A DNA stretch of 64,000 nt from Acidobacteriota bacterium (GCA_032229975.1 JAVXVG010000017.1:87557-151556), one strand, 5' to 3'; shown: positions 34,401 through 44,022, counted from the first letter of the stretch. Translations and numbers: made by a program. The notes: a model not told the origin generated them from the letters alone.

Positions 34401-36229
34401 GCGGCGTCACAAGCCTCTACGCCTTCACCTACGGACGCGGCGCGTACAAGGTCGCGATCTCGAAGTCGTGCTCGACGGTTGCGCCGAACACGACGCAGAA
34501 CTTCCCCGCCGAGGGCGGCACGGGCACGCTCACTGTGACGAGCACCTGCGACTGGACGGCAACTAATGACAGCGGCTTCATCGCCGTCAACAGCGCGCCG
34601 ACCGGCACGGGCAACGGCTCGGTCACTTACACGGTGGCCCCGAATGCCAGCGCCGCATCACGCTCCGGCACGATTGTCGTCGCGGGTACGGTCGTCAACA
34701 TCACGCAAGATTCCGCATCTGCGAACAGCATCGTTGGTCAGATCACGAACGGCGCATCCAACGCGGGAGTCAACGGCGCGACCGTCACGCTCTCCGGTGC
34801 GTCGAACGCGGTGACGACAACCAATGCGGCTGGCGGCTACTCGTTCACGGGTCTCACGCCCGGCGCGGGTTACACCGTCACGGCTTCGGGTAATGGCCTG
34901 ACCTACACGCCCGCGAGCAAATCGGTCGCGAGCCTCTCCGGTATCGCCGTCGAGAACTTCGTCGGCGCGAGCGGCGCGGTCTCCGTCCCTATGCCGCAAG
35001 GCTCGCTCGTCATCTCGGAGTTCAGACTGCGGGGGCCCTCAGGCGCGAACGACGAGTTCGTTGAAATCTTCAACTTCGCCGGCTCGGCTGTGACCGTTGC
35101 GACTACCGACAACTCGCTCGGCTGGGCTGTCGCCGCGTCAGACGGCGCGCCGCGCTTCATCATCCCGAAGGGCCTGACGATTCCCGCGCGCGGCCACTTC
35201 CTCGCCGCCAACAACGGCGCGAGCGGCTACTCGCTCTCGAACTACGGAGGCACGGGAGCAGCCGCGCCCGACATCACCTACAACATGGACATCCCCGACG
35301 ATTCAGGGCTGACACTCTATTCAACTTCCGACCCAACCAACTTCACCGAAGCCTACCGGCTCGACTCGGTCGGCTTCGCCGGTGACGCCAGCGTGGCGGC
35401 GCGCGAGGGCGTCGGTCTCGCACCGCTCGGCGCGGCGACGCCCCCGGAGTACTCCTACGTCCGCAGGCTCAATAACGGCTCCCCGCGCGACACGAGCGAC
35501 AATACGCAGGACTTCGTGCTCGTCTCGACAACGGGCGGCGTGATCAACGGCGTGCAGTCGCAACTCGGTGGCCCCGGGCCGGAAAACCTCGCGAGCGTCG
35601 TCCAGCGCAACGCCACCATCAAGGCGTCATACGTTGATGCGGCTTGCGGGGCATCAAACGATCCGTCGACCGCCTGCGCGCGCGTCCGCGTGTTCACGCC
35701 CGACTCCACCGAGCCGAGCAACAGCACGGCCGGTACGCTCAAGATCAGGCGACGATTCACCAACAACACGGGCGGCACTGTCTCGCGACTGCGCTTCCGC
35801 ATCGTGGACATCACGACGCTCAATAGCCCCGGCTACTCCGCCGGTGGAGGACAAGCCGACCTGCGCGTGCTCTCTTCCGCAGGCGGCACGGTGACGAACA
35901 CGCTCACTCTGCCCGTGACGTTGACAGGCACAACGCGCGAGTCGCCGCCGGCATACACCCTCGGCGGCGGGCTGAACACGAGCCTCTCGGTGGCCCTCGG
36001 CGGTGGCCTCTCGCCCGGCAACTCCATCGATATCGAGTTCAACCTCGGCGTCATGCAGCCCGGGTCGTTCCGCTTCTTCATCAACATCGAGTCTGACACG
36101 TCGAACCCTGCCGCGCCCGTCAACACGCTGTCGAAAAGCAACAACGCGACGATCAACGCGTCGGCCATCCCTACGGTGACAGTGCTGCCGATCAATAAGT
36201 CAGCCGCACCCCACCCGAAGAAGCAGTAA
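31484..36229 (+). CDS. giant secreted multidomain protein: BNR/sortilin repeats, Ig/BACON-like domain, CarboxypepD_reg-like domain and a C-terminal LTD module
   Basis: 1581 aa, RBS AAGGAGA. Asp-boxes include TTNGGTSWS, TTDAGAHWT, SLNGGASWT, SDNGGTNWG and SADGGGTWT. LTD signature VISEFRLRGPSGANDEFVEIFN. Confidence 0.85.
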   Translation: MLRNKRFPSFVLAAALALSLTILTLARWQHERSAQATVAQTAAQSSSSQLRLAAAQSAPRVVAATTTTVATDGAQADKHAATHTSTARASVARAEHTAVRQDGDKAEEASELAREERREGEDNDEQPIMVNRNGRQLQVNADHDLLRFDQPGEAMSDYVKKRLPTGATELPVDRYFDALEKVKQMKQYSTASQRLAPSEAELAAAASKNRTDDVKPEMAGGNAAGVLGTWTNLGPGNVGGRTRSLVIDPTDANIMYAGAVDGGIWKTTNGGTSWSPLDDFLPNIAVTTMVMDPSNHNTIYAGTGEGYFNSDAVRGAGIFRTTDAGAHWTRLPSTNNSNFFFVQKVAVSPTNGQHLYAATQTGVQRSLNGGASWTQVLASNAANGANGAMDLAMRTDQATDYIFATVGTFAQSHIWRNTDAGGSGTWTDVYTEATMERTSLAIAPSNQSVIYAMAASTTGTLVNGRNYQDGLLAVFRSTSNGDAGTWTTQVRNNSANKQDTLLLSNPVNGVLTECGFGTSQMINQGWYHNQLAVDPTDSNKVWAAGTDVWRSDNGGTNWGVASYWWFQGNGTPPANGDPQLVHADNHIIVFAPGYNGTTNQKMLVGDDGGIYKTDNAHDGNVGYATGTTPSGGTVTSTSPICANNPDPVTGYTFPNPVIWGPLNNNYQVSQFNQGLPYPDGASYFGGTQDNGTNRGTDAGGPNGWSRILGGDGGYVGVNPTNTQILYAENTGLSFKRSNDGGGSFVAKTSGISGDVFPFYTFFRMDPSVPTRLWLGGRFMWRTDNNGDTWVRTSNAQQTGGSITAMAIAPTNSDAVIDGAASGQLRRTTTGTTLTSTSVLNTVWLQSFTPRGNGNGTISWLEYDPQSASNVWCTISNFNGVANANGTSAGHVFKSADGGGTWTLADGTQTASNPNAIPDIPTHSVTVDPTNSQRIYVGTDLGVFVTLDGGANWYKEVTGFSNVQTQSLSTLTNGGVTSLYAFTYGRGAYKVAISKSCSTVAPNTTQNFPAEGGTGTLTVTSTCDWTATNDSGFIAVNSAPTGTGNGSVTYTVAPNASAASRSGTIVVAGTVVNITQDSASANSIVGQITNGASNAGVNGATVTLSGASNAVTTTNAAGGYSFTGLTPGAGYTVTASGNGLTYTPASKSVASLSGIAVENFVGASGAVSVPMPQGSLVISEFRLRGPSGANDEFVEIFNFAGSAVTVATTDNSLGWAVAASDGAPRFIIPKGLTIPARGHFLAANNGASGYSLSNYGGTGAAAPDITYNMDIPDDSGLTLYSTSDPTNFTEAYRLDSVGFAGDASVAAREGVGLAPLGAATPPEYSYVRRLNNGSPRDTSDNTQDFVLVSTTGGVINGVQSQLGGPGPENLASVVQRNATIKASYVDAACGASNDPSTACARVRVFTPDSTEPSNSTAGTLKIRRRFTNNTGGTVSRLRFRIVDITTLNSPGYSAGGGQADLRVLSSAGGTVTNTLTLPVTLTGTTRESPPAYTLGGGLNTSLSVALGGGLSPGNSIDIEFNLGVMQPGSFRFFINIESDTSNPAAPVNTLSKSNNATINASAIPTVTVLPINKSAAPHPKKQ

Positions 36230-36270
36230 ACGCTTTCAGCCGCGAGGCTGAGAGGGCCGACTAAACTGAA

Positions 36271-36306
36271 GCGGCGGATCGGTTATAATCCGATCCGCCG
36301 CTTTTT
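36271..36306 (+). terminator. Rho-independent terminator
   Basis: Stem GCGGCGGATCGG/CCGATCCGCCGC followed by TTTTTCAT. Confidence 0.75.
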
Positions 36307-36343
36307 CATCTTCTCCGCGCAGAGACGAACGCGACAGACAGAC

Positions 36344-37036
36344 ATGAATTTCATGGCCGCAACGAATCGCCAACGCCTCGCGGCAGTCCTACTGCTCTGC
36401 CTTGCTCATCCGCTCCTCGCCCGTCAGGATCAGCCGCCGCGCGAGGAGGGCCAGTTTCGCCAGCCGGAACTCGTCGAGTTGACGAAGCTCGACAAGACGA
36501 TCAAGCTCGACATACGTTATGCGACCGCGAACAACTTCCTCGGTCGTCCCGTCTATATTTCAAAGCGCGCCTTCCTGCAAGAGCCTGCGGCGCGCTCGCT
36601 CGCACGCGCCAGTAAAAAATTGCGCGCCGCAGGCTACGGGCTCGTCGTCTTCGACGGCTATCGACCGTGGTCTGTGACGAAGATTTTCTGGGATGCGACG
36701 CCCGCCGATAAAAAAGAGTTCGTCGCCGATCCGGCCAAGGGCTCGCGCCACAATCGCGGCTGCGCCGTCGATCTCTCGCTCTACGATCTCAAGACCGGCC
36801 AGCAGGTGGAGATGACGGGCAGCTACGATGAGATGAGCGAACGTTCGCACGTCGATTACAAGGGCGGCACTGCGGAGCAGCGTCGTCTGCGCGATCTGCT
36901 GCGACGCGAGATGGAGTCCGAAGGCTTTCAGGTTTACGCGCCGGAGTGGTGGCACTTCGACTACAAAGATTGGAAGCAGTATCCGATCTTAGACGTGTGC
37001 GAAATTCACGGCGCGGTGTTGTGCAGACGAAGGTAA
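36344..37036 (+). CDS. D-alanyl-D-alanine dipeptidase (VanX/DdpX, peptidase M15D)
   Basis: IKLDIRYATANNF, FDGYRPW, SRHNRGCAVDL and EWWHF motifs, with a signal peptide. Confidence 0.85.
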   Translation: MNFMAATNRQRLAAVLLLCLAHPLLARQDQPPREEGQFRQPELVELTKLDKTIKLDIRYATANNFLGRPVYISKRAFLQEPAARSLARASKKLRAAGYGLVVFDGYRPWSVTKIFWDATPADKKEFVADPAKGSRHNRGCAVDLSLYDLKTGQQVEMTGSYDEMSERSHVDYKGGTAEQRRLRDLLRREMESEGFQVYAPEWWHFDYKDWKQYPILDVCEIHGAVLCRRR

Positions 37037-37073
37037 GCGCACACTTGATGAAGGCAGGCGCAACGTCGATGCT

Positions 37074-38252
37074 TCAATGCTGCGGCGCGAGCGGTATCTC
37101 GACGGCAAACGTGCCGCGTCGCGCATCATCGCCCGGCTCTGAGAAGCGCAGGTCGAAGAGTTGCGCGCGAGGGATCAACGTGGGAGACGCAACGGAGTTT
37201 TTTGTCGTCGCATCGTTGCGTAAATCGACGATACGCGCGAGTGGGAAGCGCGCGAAGTCGAGGAAGATGCGTGCGCGTTCATCTTCGCGCGCGAGTTGTT
37301 CGATCCTCTGCGCATCTGCGCCTTGTAGTTTCTCAAACCTCTTCAGGCCCATCGCCGCTTGCGTCGCATGATCAACAAGGCGTGCATCACCCGTCAGGCT
37401 CAACTGTAAAACGTAGTCGGCCCGATCCGTCTCACCGACGACGCGCCAGCGCGCGGGGTTGGCGAGCGAAGGCATGACCACAACTCGTCGAGTTGTCTCG
37501 TTGTTGCGCGCGGCGAGATCGGACGTGATCGCCTGTGCATCTCTGAGAGCGAGCGAGTGTGCGATAGCAAGCATGCACCAGTAAGCGGGCACGAAGGCGA
37601 GCGCAAGCGCGGGGACGAGCCTGCCGAAGCGCGCGGCGAATCTCAGGCGATGCGCGACGAAGAAGAAAATAGTTCCTGCAAGCCAGAGTGCGCGCGCGGG
37701 CGTCGGCACATCGGCACGAACAAAGACGATGACGAAGGTGAGAATGAGCGCGAGGGCCGACCATAGTACGTTGCGCCAGCGTGTCGTCGCCGTTGCGAGA
37801 AACGCCGCGCCGCCGACGACGAGCCACAGCCACGGATCGACGATGAAGGCGAGATCGCCGTAGTACCACTTCCCGCTCCACGGCAAAAACGGGCGCACGC
37901 CGTAGTTGTTCGTCCAGTCGAGTATAGGATGTGTTGCGCTCGCGACGAGCGAAGCGAGCATGAGCCCGCGCAGGCGTATGCGCGGTTGCGTGTTGCGCCA
38001 GCGCGCGATCAACTTTTCGGCCGTATAGAAGACGAGCGGGATGATGACGGCGAGCGCGACGACGCCGACGATTGAATGCGTGATGCCGCGATGATTTTCG
38101 AGATAGAACCAGCGGCCCTTGATGGTGGCGAGAATATCCGCGTCCGGTGCGTTCGCCGCAATGATACAAACAGTCGTCGCATATGGCGACGCGCGCTCCG
38201 GCCCCGCCTTAGCCACGACGAGCCCGACGAGCGTGTGCGCCAGATTATCCAT
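37074..38252 (-). CDS. membrane-bound metal-dependent hydrolase (YdjM/DUF457 family) with a C-terminal extension
   Basis: MDNLAHTLVGLVV...NAPDADIL...HRGITHS N-terminal signature and multiple TM helices. Confidence 0.65.
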   Translation of the reverse strand: MDNLAHTLVGLVVAKAGPERASPYATTVCIIAANAPDADILATIKGRWFYLENHRGITHSIVGVVALAVIIPLVFYTAEKLIARWRNTQPRIRLRGLMLASLVASATHPILDWTNNYGVRPFLPWSGKWYYGDLAFIVDPWLWLVVGGAAFLATATTRWRNVLWSALALILTFVIVFVRADVPTPARALWLAGTIFFFVAHRLRFAARFGRLVPALALAFVPAYWCMLAIAHSLALRDAQAITSDLAARNNETTRRVVVMPSLANPARWRVVGETDRADYVLQLSLTGDARLVDHATQAAMGLKRFEKLQGADAQRIEQLAREDERARIFLDFARFPLARIVDLRNDATTKNSVASPTLIPRAQLFDLRFSEPGDDARRGTFAVEIPLAPQH

Positions 38253-38261
38253 GAAGGAATA

Positions 38262-38313
38262 GATCAGAGGCTAGAGGTTAGACAAATCAGCTCTTCACTG
38301 ATCTCTAACCTCT
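38262..38313. repeat. Heptamer-periodic hairpin repeat, family C (AGAGGTT-type), copy 1
   Basis: GATCAGAGGCTAGAGGTTAGA ... GATCTCTAACCTCTG. Confidence 0.65.
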
Positions 38314-38317
38314 GCTT

Positions 38318-39142
38318 TTACGATGCAAGGTCTCTGGGCGGTTCGGGCGGGAGTTTGGAGTGTCGATCCGGATCGAGTTGTTGGAGTTTCGTATCGGCTT
38401 CGCGCGCGGCTGACGATGACGGGATGGGCTTGCCGTCTTTGCCCTTCGCCTCGCGCGCGGCTTTAACGATCTGGAAGAGAATGTCCGCCGCCTCGTTCTT
38501 CTTGCCCTGCTTCTCAAGAACGCTAGCCAGTCGGAAGTTGGCGGTGTCAACCGGAATGACGACGTTGTCGTGCGCGGAGGCGAGGTCTTTGTAGAGCGCG
38601 GCTGCCGCGTCGTACTGGCCGTCGTTCTCCTCAGCCTGTGCGAGCGCGAACTTGGCCCACGCGGAGACTTCACGATCACTGTTCTTCGCGAGCGCATCGA
38701 GTTCGCTCAGGCCCTTCGGACGATCAACCGCGAGCAGGTTCGCGGCTTTGAAATAGTTCGCCTGCGAACGATAAGGATCGCCGTACTTGTCCGCGACCTT
38801 CTGAAACTCATCTGCCGCGCGTTGCGCACGCTCTCGCTCGGACGAGAAGGTTTGCGCGCCGGGCTTCGTCGGCGAGTCCGGCGACTGCGCGCCTGCGACG
38901 GGTGAATCGGCGATCTCGATAGCGCGTGCGAGGGCCTGCCGCGCTTCGTTCGCTTTGCTCTCGCGCCAACTCATGAACGCATAGACGAGCACGGCGGCGA
39001 GAATGAGCCCGCCGAGACCGTAGAGGATGGCCTTGCCGCGTCCTTCGAGCCGGTCGCCGAGTTGTTCAAACAAGCCGAGGGTCTTCTCGCGCAAGGGATC
39101 GCGCCTGACTTCGCGCGCGTGTTTTTTGCCGTGTCGTGCCAC
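38318..39142 (-). CDS. membrane-anchored TPR-like protein (YfgM-like)
   Basis: 274 aa. Basic N-terminus, one TM helix (ILYGLGGLILAAVLVYAFM), then helical repeats. Confidence 0.6.
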   Translation of the reverse strand: MARHGKKHAREVRRDPLREKTLGLFEQLGDRLEGRGKAILYGLGGLILAAVLVYAFMSWRESKANEARQALARAIEIADSPVAGAQSPDSPTKPGAQTFSSERERAQRAADEFQKVADKYGDPYRSQANYFKAANLLAVDRPKGLSELDALAKNSDREVSAWAKFALAQAEENDGQYDAAAALYKDLASAHDNVVIPVDTANFRLASVLEKQGKKNEAADILFQIVKAAREAKGKDGKPIPSSSAAREADTKLQQLDPDRHSKLPPEPPRDLAS

Positions 39143-39515
39143 CTTATTTTCTCTCGCAACATCGCACAGGTGTGCGCGTTCTATTTATGTGATGTGATCC
39201 CAAGCGGGTCACTCTAACGACCGCCGAGAGGCATTGTCAAGCAAACGTGCAGATCGTGAGATGCAGGCGTGAGTCGGTCGAAAAGATAGCGATTGATCGT
39301 TTACCAATCGAGTGTTAGCCTCGCGCCGAAAGCGAATCGCAAGCTAACGTGATCGTTCGCGGGTCTGGAAAAAACTTTATGGAACAGTCGGCGCGGGCGC
39401 GGTGTCTAAGTTGTCGTCTCTACGAAGAGCGACGCGCGCGTGCGTTGTCGCCGAGAGCCGCCGGAGGACGTTCGTGAGCTTCGGGGAACCAATCGCCTTG
39501 CGGGCGGATGTGGAG

Positions 39516-40136
39516 ATGGAGGCCGCCGCCGCGTCGCCGCGCGAGGGCGCGAGGGCCTCTGCCGAGACACAGTTCCTTGAACTCTTGCGAGCGGGCGATG
39601 CGGCCACCTTCAATCGCTTCGTCGAAGATCGCACGGCGGGCGTTTACGCGCTGCTCTATCGGCTGACGGAAGACGCGGAAGAGGCGCGCGATCTAACGCA
39701 GGAGACTTTCCTGCAAGCCTTTCGCTCCATCGCGCATTTTCGCGGCGACGCAGACCTGCGCACGTGGCTCTATCGCATCGCCGTCAATCAGGCGCGCAAC
39801 CGTTGGCGTTGGTGGCGACGAAGAAGACGCGGCTCGACCGTCTCGCTCGACGAACCCGCCGCGCGCGACTCGGAACAGACGCTCGCCGCGCGATTGAGAG
39901 ACGACGCTGCGCGCGACCCCGAACGCGAGACACTCGCGCACGAACGCGAAGGATTGATCGTCGCCGCGCTTGCCACGCTGGCGCGGCCCTATCGCGAGGC
40001 AGTCGTGCTCAGAGACATCGAGGGCCTGAGCTATGAAGAAGTCGCGGCGGCTCTTGAGATCAGCATCGGCACTGTCAAGTCCAGACTCTCGCGCGGACGC
40101 ACGGAGCTGCGGCGCAGGCTCGAAGGGATTATTTGA
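39516..40136 (+). CDS. ECF-type RNA polymerase sigma-70 factor
   Basis: Region 2 is RLTEDAEEARDLTQETFLQAF...WLYRIAVN. Region 4 is LSYEEVAAALEISIGTVKSRLSRGR. The start is uncertain (ATG at 39516 chosen; the ORF is open from 39402). Confidence 0.8.
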   Translation: MEAAAASPREGARASAETQFLELLRAGDAATFNRFVEDRTAGVYALLYRLTEDAEEARDLTQETFLQAFRSIAHFRGDADLRTWLYRIAVNQARNRWRWWRRRRRGSTVSLDEPAARDSEQTLAARLRDDAARDPERETLAHEREGLIVAALATLARPYREAVVLRDIEGLSYEEVAAALEISIGTVKSRLSRGRTELRRRLEGII

Positions 40137-40143
40137 TGAAGCA

Positions 40144-40255
40144 ATCAGCACTCAGCCGCCGACGATTAGCTAAACCGGTTGACGCCGATCTAACGAGTTG
40201 AAGATCGAAAGGGAGTTTCGATTCTGCTGAATGCTGTGTGCTGAATGCTACTTGC
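40144..40255. repeat. Hairpin repeat family A, copy 2
   Basis: ATCAGCACTCAGC ... CTGCTGAATGCTGTGTGCTGAATGCT. Confidence 0.6.
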
Positions 40256-40520
40256 TCTTTGATAGCGGATGGTTGACCGGCCCCGGCTTGAACCGAACAA
40301 CCCTGAAAGTGCCAGTGGGTCGGGTGGGACGGCGCGCATGTCGTCGCATCAATGTGTGGATCGAACAGAGAGTCTCGACGCGGTTTTGAAAACGAGCCAG
40401 CAACACTTGTTTTTATTCGCCGCTCGCGATCCGGTTCGATCAACATCATCGTCGCTAGCGTGCGCGCACGCCTCTCCGAGGGACGGGGCAGCCGGGGCCG
40501 ATCAGCCATCCGCTAGAAAG

Positions 40521-40582
40521 CAGAGGCTAGAGGTTAGAGGTCAGTCGAATTGTTTTCACTAACCTCTGATCTCTAACCTCTG
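40521..40582. repeat. Hairpin repeat family C, copy 2
   Basis: CAGAGGCTAGAGGTTAGAGGTCAGT ... ACTAACCTCTGATCTCTAACCTCTG. Confidence 0.7.
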
Positions 40583-40595
40583 AACTTATGAAATT

Positions 40596-41318
40596 ATGAA
40601 TTGCGAGGAGACACAGAAAAGTTTTACGCCGTATCTCGACGACGCGCTCGTCGCGGAGGCGTGCGAGTCTGTGGAGTCGCATCTTGAGTCGTGCCCCTTC
40701 TGCCGGCAACGACTCGCGGAGATGCGCGCCATGTTGCGCGGGCTGGCGAACCTGAGTCGCCCCGCCGCGCCCGCCGATCTCGCGCTTGCGATCACGGATG
40801 CAATTTTGATCGAGCGCGCTGCGCGTGTGCAGCAGCCGTGGATTCCCGTATGGCTAAGGGCCCTTCGCTGGATCGAGCCGCGCGTGATGCCATACACGGT
40901 CGGCGCGCTCACTTCGACGCTGCTCTTCTTCATGCTCATCAACGCGCTGCGTCCGCATATGCGCCTGCTGCACGATCTGGCCCTGGCGGTGCGCGAAGAG
41001 CCTGCGGCGAGCGCCGTGCCCGCGCCTTACAGCAGCGAGTCGCCGAGTCTGAACCCTTCGGGCGATCTGCTGCGCGTGATGACCGACTCGTCGCGCGGCG
41101 ATGATGACATCACGATCATCGCGAACGTCTTCAGCAACGGCAGCGCGTCGCTCGAAGAGGTGATGCAATCGCCGCGCGACCACCACACGCTCGCGCGGAT
41201 CGAAGATGCGCTGCGCCGCACGCCCGCCTTCGTCCCCGCCTCGCTCGACCGCCGCCCGCAAACGATGCGCGTCGTCCTCTCGCTCTCGAAGGTCAACGTG
41301 AGCGAGCACAGCTATTGA
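40596..41318 (+). CDS. anti-sigma factor (zf-HC2 type), single-pass membrane protein
   Basis: N-terminal C-x23-H-x3-C-x2-C motif (NCEETQ...HLESCPFC) and a TM helix (TVGALTSTLLFFMLINAL). Confidence 0.75.
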   Translation: MNCEETQKSFTPYLDDALVAEACESVESHLESCPFCRQRLAEMRAMLRGLANLSRPAAPADLALAITDAILIERAARVQQPWIPVWLRALRWIEPRVMPYTVGALTSTLLFFMLINALRPHMRLLHDLALAVREEPAASAVPAPYSSESPSLNPSGDLLRVMTDSSRGDDDITIIANVFSNGSASLEEVMQSPRDHHTLARIEDALRRTPAFVPASLDRRPQTMRVVLSLSKVNVSEHSY

Positions 41319-41409
41319 AAGAGACACGCGAGCCGCACGATAACTGACGCGTGCGATGACTGACGCGCATGACGACTGAACTGCGCTCACGCGTCGCTCT
41401 GATTCGGAA

Positions 41410-41682
41410 ATGAGCGACAAACAGAGAAGGCATTTCGAGCGTCTAACGAGAGTTGAGAGCTACGGCGAGGCTCACGCTGCGGATTTTCCTGAAACGAGCA
41501 AGGGCGGACAGGCTCTCGCGCGTCTCAGAGAGTTGATCGCGCACGACACTCTGCGCGCGACGACACAGCGCGCGCGGCAGCAGGCGACGGGCAGCCGCTC
41601 CGACGGGCGCAAAGACCTGCGCGCACAACTCGTCGCCATCGCCAAAACAGCCGAGACCATCGGACTCGACCACCGGAAGTGA
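41410..41682 (+). CDS. hypothetical protein (first half of a split or coupled pair)
   Basis: 90-aa ORF. Its stop TGA overlaps the GTG of the next ORF (GTGA). Confidence 0.4.
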   Translation: MSDKQRRHFERLTRVESYGEAHAADFPETSKGGQALARLRELIAHDTLRATTQRARQQATGSRSDGRKDLRAQLVAIAKTAETIGLDHRK

Positions 41683-41861
41683 AAGACGCATTCGCGCGAC
41701 CGCGCACGAATGTCAACGACCAGACGTTGCTGAGCATCGCGCGCAGTTTCGCGGCAGATGCTGCCCCGTTCAGTGCGCGCTTCATCGAGTATGACTTGCC
41801 CGCGAACTTCCTCACGCGGCTCAGTGCCAGCATTGAGAATTTCCAGCAAGCCTATCGCTAA
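41679..41861 (+). CDS. hypothetical protein (second half of a split or coupled pair)
   Basis: 60-aa ORF starting at GTG inside the upstream stop codon. It ends at the strong terminator. Confidence 0.35.
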   Translation: MKDAFARPRTNVNDQTLLSIARSFAADAAPFSARFIEYDLPANFLTRLSASIENFQQAYR

Positions 41862-41908
41862 AAAAAAGAGGCTCAGACTTTTTCGTCACGAAAAAGTCTG
41901 AGCCTCTC
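41860..41908 (-). terminator. Rho-independent terminator (bidirectional hairpin; the U-tract is on the minus strand)
   Basis: Stem of about 19 bp, AGAGGCTCAGACTTTTTCG/CGAAAAAGTCTGAGCCTCT, with A8 on its plus-strand 5' side. It lies between convergent genes. Confidence 0.85.
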
Positions 41909-41941
41909 TCCTTAATAAGCCTTCGGGCTCAAACCTTGTTC

Positions 41942-44020
41942 TCAATGCCCTGTCAGTTCATCCGCGAGCTTTCCCGCGTCGTACATCTTTCTCAACGCCT
42001 CGATGATCGCAGCCGAGTGGACGGCGACGGCGCGCGAGCCTTCGGCGTCGTCAACGTACCAGTAGCGATTGGGCAGCTTCTGAATGTTGCTGTCGAAATT
42101 CAAGCCTACGATCTCCGCGTCGCGGTTGATGACGGGGCTGCCGGAATTGCCGCCGATGGTGTCTGCGGTATAGACGAAGTTGAACGGCGTCGAGAGATCG
42201 ATCTTCTGCTTCCCTTCCTTCCAACGTTCGGGCAGGTTGAAGGGCGGCCGCTCGTCGAAGCCGCGCGCGCGTTCATAGAGACCGTAGAAGGTCGTCTTGT
42301 AAGGCACGAGCGTCGTGTCTTCTTCATAGCCGACGACGCGCCCGTAAGAGATGCGCGGCGTAAACGTCGCATCCGGGTAAACCGACTTTCCATAGACGGC
42401 GAAGCGCGCCTCTGCGATCCTCTGGCCCGCGCTCGCCTCGACGCTCAAGATGTGCTGCTCGTTCCACGCGCGCAACTCTCGATAGATCGGCTCGACGCGA
42501 CGCGCCAGCGCGACCAGAGGATCATTAGATTTCGCGATTGCGTCCGTCCCGCCTTCGATCAAAGATTTACGAAACGCAACGTCCGAGAGCTTCGTGCCCA
42601 TGACTACTCTGTGGGCCACCTCTGATGGCGTCCCACCTTCGAGCGCGGCACGGACGAACGGATCATTTGCGCCCAGAGTCTTCTGCGCCTCTTCAAACCA
42701 CGCGGCGAGGATCGCCTCTTCCATCTCCGTGTAGATAGGCGCGGGTGAGAGCAGCGTCAGCTTCAAAGATTCGAGACGGCTCTCGCGAAACTCGTCCAAG
42801 CGTTGACCGTTCGGCTTCGCCGTCTCCGCAGCATAGCGCACGAGCTGCGACGCAATCGTGCCGAGTCGCGAAGGCGTGAGCACAGTGAACGCGATGCGCT
42901 TCGACATCGCAGGCAGATCACGATAAGCCGCCGCGATCTCGTCCCAAGCAGGCGCGTACTTTTGTCGCAGCTCCGGTCGTCGCGCGATCTCCGCGAGCAA
43001 CTGTCGCTCATCATCCTCTTTGCGCGCGAACATTCGCGCGTTATTCAGGCCCTCCTCCTGCCCCGTGAGCCGCTTGATGGAATTTTCCAGCCCGCGTCGC
43101 GACGTTTGCGCACGACGCGCTTGCTCCTCGCTCTGCTTCGCGTAACGCGCGAGCGCATCGCGTCTGGAAGTCCAGACCTGCATCTGCAACGGATTTCCTA
43201 CGTCGCGCTGATATTTCAACTGTGCGACGGTCAACATACGGTTTGTCGATCCGGGATTCCCCGGCGCGAGGACGAACTCGCCGTCAACAGGGCCAGACTT
43301 CGACCACTTGAAATAATGCTCGGTGTGGATCGGCTTGTCGTTCTCGTAAACACGGAAGAAAGCGAAGTCGAGGTTGTAGCGCGGGTAAGTGAAGTTGTCA
43401 TAGTCGCCGCCAAAGAAAGCGATCTGCTCTTCGGGGGCCATCACGAGGCGTATGTCAGTATATTTTTTGTAGCGATAGAGCCAATACTCGCCGCCGCTAT
43501 AGAGTGTGACGACATCGCTGCGCAAGCCCGTCTTCTCGTTCGACTCGCGCTCGATTGCCGCCGCCTCGCTCTTGCGCTGCTCGTTCGCCTGCGCGTCGGT
43601 CGAACCCATCTTGATCGCAGACTGCACGCGCCGCGTCACATCCTCGTAAGAGACGAGCACGTTGATCTCTAGGTCTGGACACTTCAACTCTTCCGTCTGC
43701 GTGCGCGCGTAGAACCCCTGCTTCGTGTAGTCGTGCTCCTTCGTCGAGACTTTCGAGAGCTGGCCCGAAGCGACGTGCTGGTTCGTCATCAACAGTCCAT
43801 CGGGCGAGACGAACGAGCCGGACCCGCCGTCATTCAGACGCACCGACGCGAGCCGCACGTGTTCGAGCCACGCCACCGTCGGCTCGAAGTTGTAACGCTC
43901 CCTCCACTCTTTGAGCGGCGGGTTGTCAAACGTCCACATCCCTTCGTCGGCACGCGCGCAAGGCACGACTTGAAGAAGGAAGACGAGCGCGAGCAGGCAG
44001 CAGGTGATCTTTCTCATCAT
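41942..44020 (-). CDS. S46-family dipeptidyl-peptidase (DPP7/DPP11-like)
   Basis: 692 aa with a signal peptide, then ADEGMW. Catalytic serine context [21 protein letters not shown]. Confidence 0.85.
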   Translation of the reverse strand: MMRKITCCLLALVFLLQVVPCARADEGMWTFDNPPLKEWRERYNFEPTVAWLEHVRLASVRLNDGGSGSFVSPDGLLMTNQHVASGQLSKVSTKEHDYTKQGFYARTQTEELKCPDLEINVLVSYEDVTRRVQSAIKMGSTDAQANEQRKSEAAAIERESNEKTGLRSDVVTLYSGGEYWLYRYKKYTDIRLVMAPEEQIAFFGGDYDNFTYPRYNLDFAFFRVYENDKPIHTEHYFKWSKSGPVDGEFVLAPGNPGSTNRMLTVAQLKYQRDVGNPLQMQVWTSRRDALARYAKQSEEQARRAQTSRRGLENSIKRLTGQEEGLNNARMFARKEDDERQLLAEIARRPELRQKYAPAWDEIAAAYRDLPAMSKRIAFTVLTPSRLGTIASQLVRYAAETAKPNGQRLDEFRESRLESLKLTLLSPAPIYTEMEEAILAAWFEEAQKTLGANDPFVRAALEGGTPSEVAHRVVMGTKLSDVAFRKSLIEGGTDAIAKSNDPLVALARRVEPIYRELRAWNEQHILSVEASAGQRIAEARFAVYGKSVYPDATFTPRISYGRVVGYEEDTTLVPYKTTFYGLYERARGFDERPPFNLPERWKEGKQKIDLSTPFNFVYTADTIGGNSGSPVINRDAEIVGLNFDSNIQKLPNRYWYVDDAEGSRAVAVHSAAIIEALRKMYDAGKLADELTGH

Positions 44021-44022
44021 CT

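Noticed and set aside
1619-40582. I asked whether the short tandem and inverted repeats constitute a CRISPR array.
   Set aside because: The repeats are heptamers in inverted arms with no unique spacers of 25-40 nt, the copies are dispersed singly, and there are no cas genes in the window apart from the Cas4-like nuclease domain fused to the helicase.
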